A stretch of 63,852 nucleotides of DNA, filler included, from Perkinsus chesapeaki ATCC PRA-425 (Eukaryota > Protista > Perkinsozoa), in NCBI GenBank assembly GCA_013115145.1. It is 10 parts of 10 records of this genome, joined end to end, with 100 filler letters (N's around TTAATTAATTAA, not from the genome) between each part and the next. Parts side by side here need not be neighbours in the genome. Positions count along the whole stretch, not along the records: positions 47,346 to 55,703 come from JAAPAO010000978.1; positions 55,804 to 59,557 come from JAAPAO010001360.1; positions 59,658 to 61,568 come from JAAPAO010001733.1; 7 more parts are not named here. One strand, 5' to 3'. Both the position numbers and the translations under genes were made by a program. Below the pieces are notes generated by a model. That model saw nothing but the letters and a program-made list of their open reading frames with translations, did no database searches and was not told where the DNA came from. Positions 50,093 through 61,668 of this stretch are shown here, piece by piece (within the stretch, counting starts at the first letter, position 1; every line of letters starts with the position of its first letter).

Positions 50093-53000
50093 ATGGAATT
50101 TACCAAACTTGATCTCATTCCTCGTCCAGCGGTCACCGCCGTCAAGACCGAAGATGAATCCTTCTACAGGAAGTATAAGCACGCTCTTAAGGCCAAAAGT
50201 AATACCCTCGCTTGGATCTGCCTGAATCTGACTCAGGTTCGAGCGGCTCTGTGGTGACCAGCGTCGCCTACAACCCAGTTAATAAGCGGCAGGTTGCGGT
50301 GACTCACGGCACTCGAGTAGAGCTGCTAACCCTACCAGTTGGCCGTAAGCCGGCTGCTAATGAGTACAAGGCGGACATGCTCTGGTCGAAGCATAAGGAT
50401 TTTACTACGTGTGTGGCGTTTCGGAATGATGGCAAATTGATAGCGGCTGGAGACGGCTCGGGAAAGGTAGTATGAAAGGGGAATCTTTTTGGATATTTTT
50501 GAGGTTGATAGATCAACGTTTACGATCTGACTGCTACGAGGAATATATTGCGGCGGTTTAGAGGGGGACATGAGGGTGCTGTTAACTCTGTCTGCTTTGC
50601 TGCCCATGATCGTACGTTGGTCTACAGTGCAGGCAAGGACGGCAAAGGTGATAATTATACCGTATTTCCTTCGAATCGTACATACAATAACTATTGTCTA
50701 GTGATTCAATGGTCATTATCATCGGACACAAGGACGGCCTCGGAAGGAGGCACGCTTATAGGCAAGCACGATGATGCAGTCCAGGTGGTCTTGGCTACCA
50801 CTGCTGGATCCATAATAACAGCCGGTAAGGTCGTCGACCGTTAAATGTGTTGAGCATCGCTATTCAAGGTTACGATGGTTACGTACACGTATGGAATGCA
50901 GCAGAGTCGGAGGAAGACGTCAGCATGGAAGCGGATGATGCTGAAGGAGCACCACAACCGGTATAATGCTCGGGTCGTTGGGGTGGGAAACGAAAATTCG
51001 TGGGAAAATTGGTATGACAGGGATCCTACATTATGTAGGATCTTCAACTTTAATCCTCCTAGCACCAAAGAGAATTTCTATTGTGTTTTTGAGAAAATTT
51101 TAATTCCAGCATCTGGTTGTACATGCCCCGTGTTGGGAGCAAAATTCGAAGCTACTCTGAACGTGGACTCAGCAACGGTCGATTGTATGGAGGTGATGGG
51201 TGTATTGAATAGGTCACCAGCTATTCACATGGAAGCCCGATCGATGCAGCATGCCTCTCTCGGAACCAGACTTTGCTGTATGTGGCTGGGGGCGGCTTTG
51301 TTTCTATTATTGATCTTATCGCTGGAAAGATAGAACAGAAAGTAATAAAGGAATTAAGCTGTCGACTGGCGGGAGAGCTCGCTGTGGCAGAGCCCTTTGC
51401 GGCATAGCAAGGCTGTTACTGGTATGTGCGTGAATGGTAGAGGAGATGTAGTGACCGGCAGTCTGGATGGTATGGTGAAGGTGTGGGATACTGCTGGATT
51501 GAAGGAAGAGGAAGAGGGGGAAAGCAAGGGTTGGAAGCTCCTGCATACGTGAGATCTGGGGAGGATGGAGCTATATACTACAATGACTGCGGTTCTTCTC
51601 TGTAGAATTTCTGTGCAGCAGACATCTGTGCGCCTGTCTAGGATTCCCATTGTTTTTACGTGTACCCCCTTCATCGGTGTAGGGTTATAGCAGAACATGG
51701 ACGGGAAAGATTGCCGGTTTATTTCTCACCAGAACTCTGTGCTTCGGAAGCCTGTAGGAGGGAGTTCTTAGGACATGGAATTGGTTGCTTGGACATCGAT
51801 TTGCGATTTCACTAGTTGATCAACGGCAATGAGATTGAGTGTGATGATAGGCAAAATACCAATATAGCTGCGCATCTACGAGAGCCTAGTGCGTTCCTGC
51901 GACTTTTCGGGGAATCGTTGCTTGAAGACTGTGTGTGATAATAGGTACAAATACCAAGGTCACGGTGTTACCGATGTTGCCTGGTCTGGCGGCCAAGGGT
52001 TGTCTATGGTAGTATGCCTTGATGACGGATCTCTGGTATCCCGTAGAAGACGCCCACAAGATGGTGAGGCAGATGATACTGAGGGTAGTAGGGTAGAAGG
52101 GAATAGTAGTGTTATAATAATGCTGGCTACATAGACTTAGTGGATTGCGCGAGTGTGCGAGCTTACAGCACGAAGCCGAAATATGCTTCCCCAGAGACGA
52201 GGGGAGTAATGCGTAGTTCGACAGGGGATATTAATGCAAATTTGTTATTCAATATCATTCAACTATGAAACTGAGGACTCTGCATAGAATGGTATCCTGT
52301 GTGTCTGTATGGTATTCTGGAGACATTTTTCGAACTGCCTTAGAAGACGGTATTTTATGAAGTTGTATGGACTCTAAGGGGGCGCATTATCAGCGCGATT
52401 CTCGCGAACTCTTAAGTCCACAAAGGGTAGATTTTCCTGCAACACTTGGGCAAGTCGTGGATCAGCGCGGAATGTGCAAAGAATGGCTACTATTATCGAT
52501 ATATGTTTCCGTGCGTCAATGAAGGCAGCATTAAGGTTGCATTGCGAATCCCCAAATTCCAAGGGCTTTCTCTACCATGTGGGGAGTGTGTGGTTGAGGA
52601 AGTGTGGAAGTGTCTAGGATTGTGCCGGAAGTCTTCTCTGTCGGGTCATTGCTACTTTCCAGGTTCTACTCTACTTCGACCTATGCGTGCTGTAGGGTCG
52701 GTCGGAGTGTCCCCGTCTGGCGGTGTACAATATTTCACACAGACAGCAAAGGTGAAGCATTCTCATTTGGAGGTGCTGTTGAGGCGCTTTGAGTAATAAC
52801 ACGGAGGGGCAGGGACAAGTATTGTGTTGTTCCTGATGCAGAGATGCTTGTAGGAACATATGAACATATAACAGTCATGCCTTCATCTGCACGTTGGGGT
52901 TGCATACATTCGGCGAGATACTCTGTCAATTAGTATGCACGATTCTGCAGGGCAGGTTGTGTATTATTCGTGCTGGAGCAATGTATAGATAATCACATAA

Positions 53001-54085
53001 CATCTTTTGTATCATAGAGGAATGTAGGAACCCATTGATTGAGGTCATCGGATGGGCAATACTTTCTCATCGCGCCCCTCCTATACTACTCACGGGGCTC
53101 TTCCTTAAGGCTCCGCACCGCAACATAACCATTGTACTTATCGCTCGATAGAGAAATTCTACTGTGGTTTTGGAATGTTGTAGATTTTGCTCTGCGAAAT
53201 TAATCCGGGAATAGGTCCTGGCATGCCTATCAAATGATTGGATTCTGTCAGGTATCCAAAGCTGCTGGATGCAGTAGTGGAGGGCAGCACACCGAAGGTC
53301 ATCGGCGCCTCTGTCTTGGATGAGCTACGACAGCGAGGAGCACTCACTGGAGCGACGCGTAACGGAAAGGTCGTGGGTTCGAACCCTGGTGGAGGCGTTT
53401 TTAGGCAATCGTACTGATGAGGAGTGCGCTAAAATAGTAGATTATCTTGGTAAGTTGATGAGCAGCTGGGACGGCCCAAGACTGGTGTCTCTGGTAGCAA
53501 GTGTATTGGACGCACTTACCGCTACGAACCAGAAGGTGCTGATGGGTGTTGGTTAGGGTTGTTGCCGACTTATAAATATAGCGAAAATTTTACGATTAAA
53601 GTTCGGCCGAACGTTCCAGGGATTACCTAGCTTGTTCGTGGGGGGGGGTGATGAAATTTAGATTGCAGTCGGGGACGGAGGGCTGTAGAAGACTGTAGAG
53701 GATGGGAGGGGATAGATGTGGCGTCATAACAGTTCGTTGCATCAGACTGATATTCGGGTAATGATATGTGAGCAATTGATAGAAGTGTGATTTCTAACCG
53801 CGTGAGGTGGGGTACATGAACAGAGTAGAAAATTGGGTTTGGAGTAGGAAACCGCCGCGCTTATAGTCGTTGGAAGGCCAGTTGAATGCCAAAATTGTTT
53901 ATTGAGTATTCTTCCCAATGACCTTGTATTTTATCGTTTCGTTTTAGGTATTTGCAAACCCAACTGAGAAGTTAGTGAAGGCATTGAATCATCTAAGCGC
54001 TACTATAAACAGCGAGCTTACCAACGAGCAGAAGATACTACCATGTGTCGGTCTACTAGAGATGTTTGACCAACAGCTATTGTGA
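50093..54085 (+). CDS. UTP15: U3 snoRNP-associated WD40 protein UTP15, multi-exon
   Basis: MEFTKLDLIPRP..TEDESFY; AFRNDGKLIAAGD; ILRRFRGGHEGAVNSVCF; HSKAVTGM..GSLDGMVKVWD. C-terminal UTP15_C-like LLRRFEYPKLLDAV..SVLDELRQRGALTGATRNRTDEE..ELTNEQKILPCVGLLEMF; stop at 54083-54085. Confidence 0.85.
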
Positions 54086-55453
54086 TTACCAGCAGCTCTT
54101 AGCTTCATCTTACTCCATCACCCAACGTCATCGTTTCTTTGAGGTGGTCCTATACTACTGTACGGTATATTACTTCGAACCTCAAAAAGGGGGACAGTTT
54201 TTGTGTTGGAGTAACTATAAGGGAAGGGATTGGGAATCATGCTTGGATGCTATACAGGCTGGATCTTCGAGGAGTAGCAGTAAGTTAGTACCGGTTAGGT
54301 ATCTCCACGGAAATGAAATCTGCGTGGTCGGAAATCGTTCTAACCTGGAAGTTGTGCATGCGCTGGTCTTCGGCGCCTCGCCTTGTATATTTTGGGACAG
54401 CTGAGCGGAACTTTGCGAGGCAGTACAGCTTCAAAGGATCACTGGGGGGGCAGTCGCTGGTGAAACCACTGAACTTTCTGGTGCACTTTGGGAAGGTGGT
54501 CTACCAGTGAAATACAGGGTCGACTCGGTGATCAAAGTTGGAAGATATCTATCGGAATATTCACTTTTAAGGTTGTCGAGAGCTGGTCGATCGAGATTTG
54601 TATTAGTTTCATGGCGCAGTGACGCCATAAATGGTATCCTCTTTCTCATCACATAGTCTCCCAACTATTAGTATCCCTCCTTCTGATGAGGGTGGGCATA
54701 TCGCGAAGCGTAACGTGCGGATTCAGAGCACACCGTATAATGTAATAATGGCGGCCTTTGTTCGGGTGGATGAGTATATAGGATAACATTTATTCGTTAG
54801 TGCTAATATAATGTATAATATTAACATTAGCCCACCGGGGGGTAATATGACATATTACCATATATATGATAAATAATTAATGATATATTATTATATAATT
54901 TATAATAAATTATATCGTCTAAGGTCACAGCATACTGATATCACTATAATTTCCTGACGTACTAGTATTATTCGCACTGATCATTAATACTGATTGATTA
55001 GTATTTACTACAGTCATTCCACTTCAATATACTTGTGTAACCCTTACCATTTGTCGAATCTAATCGAATAGATGATATCTTTGAGCCGATAGATTGCCGA
55101 GGTAGATCCATGTTTTGTGGCAATAGGGTATTATCTACACTTTGAATTACCGTCTCACTCACCCGAAGCGGCGTTACTTATACTAATCGGACTAGTTATA
55201 GTATAGTGGAACTGCTCGCAGAGCCCCAGAAGGCGCTCGGGGGGGTTGTGCACATAGCTTCGATGGTAGGGTTTCGGTACCCTTTTATTTGTCTAGGTGC
55301 GTAACGTCCGGGTTCAAGTCCGCAATACATCACACTCCTCAGTAAGCATATCCGGGGGGTGGGTTGGACTCGCTTGCTGTGGATTGTTTTAAGTTGTTTA
55401 AGTGTATGACACTATCCGGAATACTGCAGTCTAGTGGAATGGGGCTCAGTGTG

Positions 55454-55523
55454 CACAAGATGATAAGAGTCTTATCAATGATAAGACTCTTATCATCTTG
55501 TGTCTTATCATCGTGATGATAAG
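55454..55523. repeat. Nested perfect palindrome (24-bp arms, 1-nt centre) followed by a 9-bp hairpin of the same motif
   Basis: cacaagatgataagagtcttatca-a-tgataagactcttatcatcttgtg (55454-55502), then cttatcatc-gt-gatgataag (55504-55523). Confidence 0.95.
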
Positions 55524-55950
55524 TTATCATAAGACCATATTTAACGGCGAAAAAGGTTCCGGTCTGCAAAGGCGGCCCGAGCCGATATAATTTTCTAGTA
55601 TGAGTTGTCATTGAGGATGAGCTGCACGATCGCACGGTGGCGCCAAAATACAAAGTGCCCTGGGAGAAAATCGCCATACACAGGGGTGAGTCAGGGCTCT
55701 ATTNNNNNNNNNNNNNNNNNNNNNNNNNNNNNNNNNNNNNNNNNNNNTTAATTAATTAANNNNNNNNNNNNNNNNNNNNNNNNNNNNNNNNNNNNNNNNN
55801 NNNTTAACCTTATTTATTGTATTTACAGTGTGATTACAATTACACTAGCTTACGCTAAGATACCATCACAAAAGGGACACAACACAAACTCATCACATAC
55901 ACAGAGAACAAAATAGTGTGCCACACTTGCGTAGGGGACGTGGTGGGCTG

Positions 55951-56073
55951 GAGCCACCACTGGTGGCTCGCTCACGCATGCGGCTCGAAAATTTTCGAGG
56001 GGCTGAGGGAAACACCGCTTCCGAAGCGGCATGATGCCGCTTCGGCGCGCCGCACGTGCGCGATGATCGCGCA
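55951..56073. repeat. GC-rich cluster of short perfect palindromes near a contig start
   Basis: gagccacca-c-tggtggctc; ctcgaaaattttcgag; ccgcttc-c-gaagcgg; ccgaagcggcat-g-atgccgcttcgg; tgcgcgat-g-atcgcgca. Confidence 0.85.
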
Positions 56074-57363
56074 GATGATACCAAATTAAGGTGTACGATC
56101 AGGAATGAGTATCACTTTTAGTCTAAAAGTTTTAGAAGGTGTGAACAAACTTAAAGTTTAGGAGGTGTGGCATGAGAAGTTGACTCATATCATGAAATGT
56201 TACACTAGCCATAACCGAGAGTGGAATCGACTCCACAGCGAAGTTCGACTCCAGCCCTCCAAAACTCCGCGAATCAAGGACCTTAATAAAGTTATTACTC
56301 CGGTGAAGAAAAATACGTTTAGAGATTCATGGAGCACAGTTTCATAAACGTTGCATGGGTCTTTTTGCGGATTGTCTTGACTATTGCTGTACAATTTGGA
56401 CCGTGCATCACGGTCTTTTCACCGCAAGTGTGCTTGCTGCTGCTAAGAACTATTGCGGAACGGTGGGAGCCTCCCCTCGGAGCGTTGGGGCCCTCTCGGA
56501 GGCTGAGCCCTGGAGGCCCAGTGGCCCTTCCGTACTCAGTACATGGATCAGCGGCACCGTCTCGCTGGTACGGGGGGGGCACGTTTGAGATGTTGGTACT
56601 ATCTTTCTTTGCCCAACGTGCTACTCGTACAGGTTTTATACAGTATACAGTATACTACGAAGGTAACATCATCTAGCCATCTAATAGATAGATTAACTTC
56701 TAGAGCGCACAGGGCTGAGATTCGCCTGTCATGAGTGCAAGAACCAGAGGACTGTTGAACTCAGAAGTGGCGCGACAGTCAGACATTCGCGACTAGTTTT
56801 AGTTATTCCCAGTTGTCGATAACCACGGTTAGCTATTTGTCAACTCGACACTTCCCCGAGCGGGAGAAAACTGCTTACAATTTCTTAGTTGGTCTGAAGC
56901 TTTTATAAGCAAAAATCGATTATGGCGCCTATCGCCTGCATGCGGACCACCTCCCACGCACGCACATGCTACTTTTCTTTCGACAATAGAGAGACAGAGT
57001 AGCCCCATATACAAGGGCTCTAATCGAGAAAAAGGGATACCACAGCTAGTATAACAGTAGCTCTACGGGCGCCACTGCGTCATCATAGCAAAGAAATAAT
57101 AACGGAAAATGACCACATAATCATCACCGAGTGGCTTCTGTGCGAGGCACAAGCCTCATCCGCGAGCCCTTATCTAGGATCGAGGATCAAGCTAACTGAC
57201 TGAAGTAACACTCGCGATATGGACTATCGTAACAAGAGGTTTGGGAGTATGGGTTAGCAATAAAGCAGAGACATCAGACTTGGTGGCTACGAGTCGACCT
57301 TGGTGGCTCGAGCATATAGCTAGTTATCAGCAGCTGGCAGAAAATACACGGAGTGGAAATAAA

Positions 57364-58269
57364 TCATATAGTTATACGGTCTGAGAGGAAATCGTAAGGG
57401 ACATTAAAGGTAAAGCCAAGTGGTGTCCTTACCACGACACGAGCTTTGCCTTCCAACATCCAGTCACTAATATTGTTCTTCACCGTGGTCAATGACATAT
57501 CTAAAGCCACGCCGACTGTGATGCCGTACGGCGCTGGCCTCGTTACATATTCTGATATGTTAAAACCAAGGTTATAAGGCTTACCAGCGAAGACGTAACC
57601 TTGTGCGTTTGGTCCGCGTTCAACATCAAAATCCAGCACGTTTCTCCCGAACGCATAGACCTTGAAGTGGGGAACGGCAAAGAAATAATCCTTGGCAAGA
57701 GCGCCCAAGCCAGAACTTCCCAAGCCTTCAGGCTCAGACAACTCCTCGTTGTAAGTTTTCACGAGTACCGCCAAAGGTGCATACTTCTTGTTGCCGAATG
57801 AGGCGACCTCGGCATCACCACCAGCGTCAACGGTCAAATCTGAATGAACTTCACCGTTATACACGGCCTTCAGCCCGATGACGGCGAAATCACGAGGGTC
57901 ATCAAGGTCAAAAAGGTCAATTCTGGCGTCGGTTGTAGTTTCATCAGTTTCATTACTTTGGTTGATGTAACCGTGAAAGCAATAGGAGTAGTTGAAGACC
58001 GGGTTGGTGACATTACAAGTAGGTGGGTATGAGAACATACCAGCATCATCAACATGAGCTTGTTGAATGCCCTTGGAGAAAGAGGCGATGCGCTCGTCAT
58101 TCATTTTTATGAACTCAGTCTTCAGCTCCTTGAGAATACTGATGAACTGTGACATAGAGTCTTCGTCGTAGCCGTTGCCGTCTATCTGGTCGAGTTTGAG
58201 GTTCAACCCCACAACAGCCAGGCAGAATATGATAAGACTCTTCGACACGAAGTGAGAATTCATAGTCAT
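57364..58269 (-). CDS. Intronless secreted protein (301 aa), lineage-specific family related to the C-terminus of 34562-36205
   Basis: Long ORF; signal-like SKSLIIFCLAVVG; shares YC(L/F)x..(F)DLD and T-V-x-N-x-I-x-x-W..V-x-V motifs with the other protein. Confidence 0.75.
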   Translation of the reverse strand: MTMNSHFVSKSLIIFCLAVVGLNLKLDQIDGNGYDEDSMSQFISILKELKTEFIKMNDERIASFSKGIQQAHVDDAGMFSYPPTCNVTNPVFNYSYCFHGYINQSNETDETTTDARIDLFDLDDPRDFAVIGLKAVYNGEVHSDLTVDAGGDAEVASFGNKKYAPLAVLVKTYNEELSEPEGLGSSGLGALAKDYFFAVPHFKVYAFGRNVLDFDVERGPNAQGYVFAGKPYNLGFNISEYVTRPAPYGITVGVALDMSLTTVKNNISDWMLEGKARVVVRTPLGFTFNVPYDFLSDRITI

Positions 58270-59659
58270 TTAAAGCCCTGAGAATGGAAAGAAGTGCGAG
58301 AGGCACACAAGCTAGACAAATTGAAGCCATGATGGTGGTAGAGTCCAAGCCTGGACGACGCCAAACTAAACCAGCCTTATGTTAATAAGACGATTCTCGT
58401 GAAGAAAGCGCAAATTCTAGTTTCAGAAGTGTCGCTGCGCTTCCTAAGCCGAAAATGGTCTAGCTGTCGTTAGCTTCGGAAATGACTTGCGTATTCTCGT
58501 TCGCGTTCGCACCATAAATGAGGTCTATGATATGATTGAAACCTGCATGATGCAGGCTGTATCTCATATTGAGATAACTACCAGAGTCGGGAATCATAAT
58601 ACTTCACCACAGTTGCTTGTACCGGTCTAGGAAGGTTGCATGACACGTGAATAGGATAACGATTTGTTTAGCTAACAACCCTCGATAGCTACCTCTCCGG
58701 TCTGACAACCTTGCATTCTTGTGGGGTACTTCATAACTTGTGAATCACAAGCCAAGTACGAACAACGTGGCTCGACCAGTCTTAAGCACGGAGCATAATT
58801 CACCGGTAGCGTTGTAGGTGGGAATCCTGCTGTTTGACCGGCTCATGCAGGAAGGGCTGTTACACTTGCTTCTTGGCTCTGCCCAAGAGGTTTGAGCCCT
58901 GCCACAAAGTTCGGCGCAATACCTGAGCCCCTGGGACCCCCCATAGAATGAATTTGCCACAACTTCCATGCCTTGTATGGTGTACACTATCACTGGGCAA
59001 CCACACTAGCAAAAAGTGATAGGTACAGCATACGATGATTATCTTTGGGAAATCGCACGCAGAGGGCTTGGAGCCTGGTCTAGCCTACCTGGACCCGTCT
59101 CACGTCACGTGACTTATGTGTGCCTGACTAACCCAACTTGCCGCGTCGAGAGCTCATGCTCAGCCCAAGCTCGACTCAGTTGACTTCGCTGATGATAAGC
59201 GGAATGAGCTTGCAAATGTAGCGGCTGTGAAATTTTCAATTTCAATTTTTTTAATCTGATTAAGGGAGTACCGCACGCACACCCCAGATAGTTTCAGACA
59301 CAATGCACGAAACAAAGATATTGGATTTGCACTACGTTGAAGCACCCTCCATAGGGGCATCTACTAACTGAAGATTCATAACAAAGACGATGTGTTGGTC
59401 GGGTACGACTCGTTGTCGAGCTGAGCCTGGTTTAACCATAATGTCACCAAATAGTGACAGGTAGCTCTTGCAAAATCTAACCCTCCCTCCCTCTTCCATC
59501 CCTGAATACGGCGATGTCAAGGCATCACTGACCTAAAGGCTCTTGGAAAGTCGCAACNNNNNNNNNNNNNNNNNNNNNNNNNNNNNNNNNNNNNNNNNNN
59601 NTTAATTAATTAANNNNNNNNNNNNNNNNNNNNNNNNNNNNNNNNNNNNNNNNNNNNCA

Positions 59660-61568
59660 TCGTCTACAGCAGCGACAGTCGGTGATCCTGCTAGGAGTGT
59701 CCAAGAATATATAGATGAAGGAGTGAGTGGACTCTATCAGATAAGTGACGACAACGATGACTATGAAACGGTGCTTAACTCGGTTGCGGACACCCCTGGT
59801 ATTGTGATATCTGGTGGTGTTCTTAGTCACCCTTCTAAATGTGGTTCTCATTATATGGAAACAAATGGCTGGTTACCGGTTATGGGGGCTGAGACCTATC
59901 GATGGCGAATGCGTCGCCTCAGGCCTGATGAAAAGAAGGATACCACAGAGCAAATTTATTGTGCAGAGATTGATCTTCCCTTGAACCACTCACCAGAGCC
60001 CCGATCGACCCGTAATAAGAGGGACTATACTTGGGGTCTATTCAAGAAGCTGAAAGGGTATGAGATGGAGGCCTTCAAGGAAGAGATATCTCGATATTTG
60101 GATAATGAATGGTGGCATCCTGCTAGAGGTGAGAAAGTTGAGGGACCATCACTTTTGGTCTTCCCACTCCCCAGCCCAGGTCGATCGACTAGGTGTCGAC
60201 CCATAATCGACGCCAGAGACTATAATCGACGTCTGCCTACATGTAGTTATAGTGGGCCTACGATTACCCAAGTGGTAAATGATCTCAGATTGCGATGGCG
60301 GCCACATTCGAGGATCCTCACCGCTGATTGTGCTCAAGCATTTTATAGAGTACGACTATTGCAACCAGTGAGTCTGTCAGTCCAAGGGTTGCAGTATTTA
60401 TCGTGGCGCCTTGTTTTTGGACTGGGTATAGGTCCTTCGGGGCTTTATACGGTGCTGGCCCATTTACTGAGTGTGGCTTACTTTCAGTTGAGCGCCCAGG
60501 ATCAAGCTCTGCTTCTCAACGCCAGCTTCTACATCTACCTTGATGATATAACTATAATGGTTCCCCGGGATGCTAGCCGCGCTGCTGATCACTTCCTTCT
60601 TGAGATGGAGAAAGTGTTTCTCCTAGCTGGTTTTGAGTTGCCCTTTACGAAGAGGCATGACTCAGATGTGGACTGTTCTTTTCAGCATCTGGGGTTGAAT
60701 TGGAAATTTGAGGATGGCAACTTCTTCATCTCATGTCGAAAGCCTATTCCTTTATCTATTAGGCTTCCTGATGGTTCATTTAATATGAAATGGACAGCCC
60801 GTCTTCTTCTCGGTATCGCTGGTTGTGGTGGTACTGGTGTTGATCCTTGTCGACTACATTCTGACACAAGGCTTGCTGGTGATCTTTTGCGTTCGATAGC
60901 TGGTAAAGCTGCGAAACACGGTATGGACAAGGAAGTGTGTATAGAGACTGATGTCAACAAGATGAATGTGGTTTCTACTTGTTTTGGTATTCTCGAGAAG
61001 GCTTCCCCGGATGGTTGTGTTCACTGGTGTTATGGAGGTTCTAAGTTGGAGTGTTATGTTGACGCGTCTCCTATCGGTTACGGTTGGTGTATAAGTGTAC
61101 TTAATGAGGCTCTTGTGCAACAATGGGCTCTTGCTGAACATGCCGGTGTATGGTGGGGATCAAAAACGTCTTACCATATTAATCGAAAGGAGCTAATCGC
61201 AATAAGTTCTTTGGTGCTCTATTTGCATGGTATGATATGTGGTCAGAATACATGTTCGCCCCCAATAGAATCGATTGTTATATATGCAGATTCCCAAACT
61301 GCCTTGAGGTGGCTGGAGAAACGTATCAGTAGCAAGTCTATTGAGAAGGTTGCAGTGCTGAGGTTGGTCTGTTGTATCAACGAGTTGGTATCAGATATAC
61401 GTACTTGTGGTGTCACTGTCACCTACAAAAAGATCGATGGTGCTTCAAACTCAGCTGATCGACTGAGTCGCCTTATTGAGAAGTGGGGCTTAGTATCTTC
61501 TCTTGGTCTAGGTGAAGTCGAACCGGAGAGCCTCCTCTTACAAGCTGTGCTTGATAATGATGATGATT
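59660..61568 (+). mobile_element. Retrotransposon pol segment: reverse transcriptase + RNase H (BEL/Pao-like, with DIRS-like features), open from gap to gap
   Basis: RCRPIIDAR, ADCAQAFYRVRL, RLVFGLGIGPSGL, YIYLDDI, FQHLG (RT); YVDASPIGYG, YHINRKELIAI, YADSQTALRW, NSADRLSR (RNase H). No stop in about 1.9 kb. Confidence 0.9.
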
Positions 61569-61668
61569 NNNNNNNNNNNNNNNNNNNNNNNNNNNNNNNN
61601 NNNNNNNNNNNNTTAATTAATTAANNNNNNNNNNNNNNNNNNNNNNNNNNNNNNNNNNNNNNNNNNNN

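Noticed and set aside
53307-53397. A complete 91-nt tRNA gene (gcctctg pairs with tggaggc)
   Set aside because: The 5' part is UTP15 coding sequence (GASVLDELRQRG) with no D-arm or anticodon stem; only the intronic 3' half is tRNA-like.
53320-53556. ORF-track protein MSYDSEEHSLERR as a separate gene
   Set aside because: It is the downstream UTP15 exon read through the 46-nt intron.
58981-59027. Mini inverted-repeat element (tgtacactatcact ... agtgataggtaca)
   Set aside because: 13-bp arms with a bulge, no target duplication and no second copy in the window.
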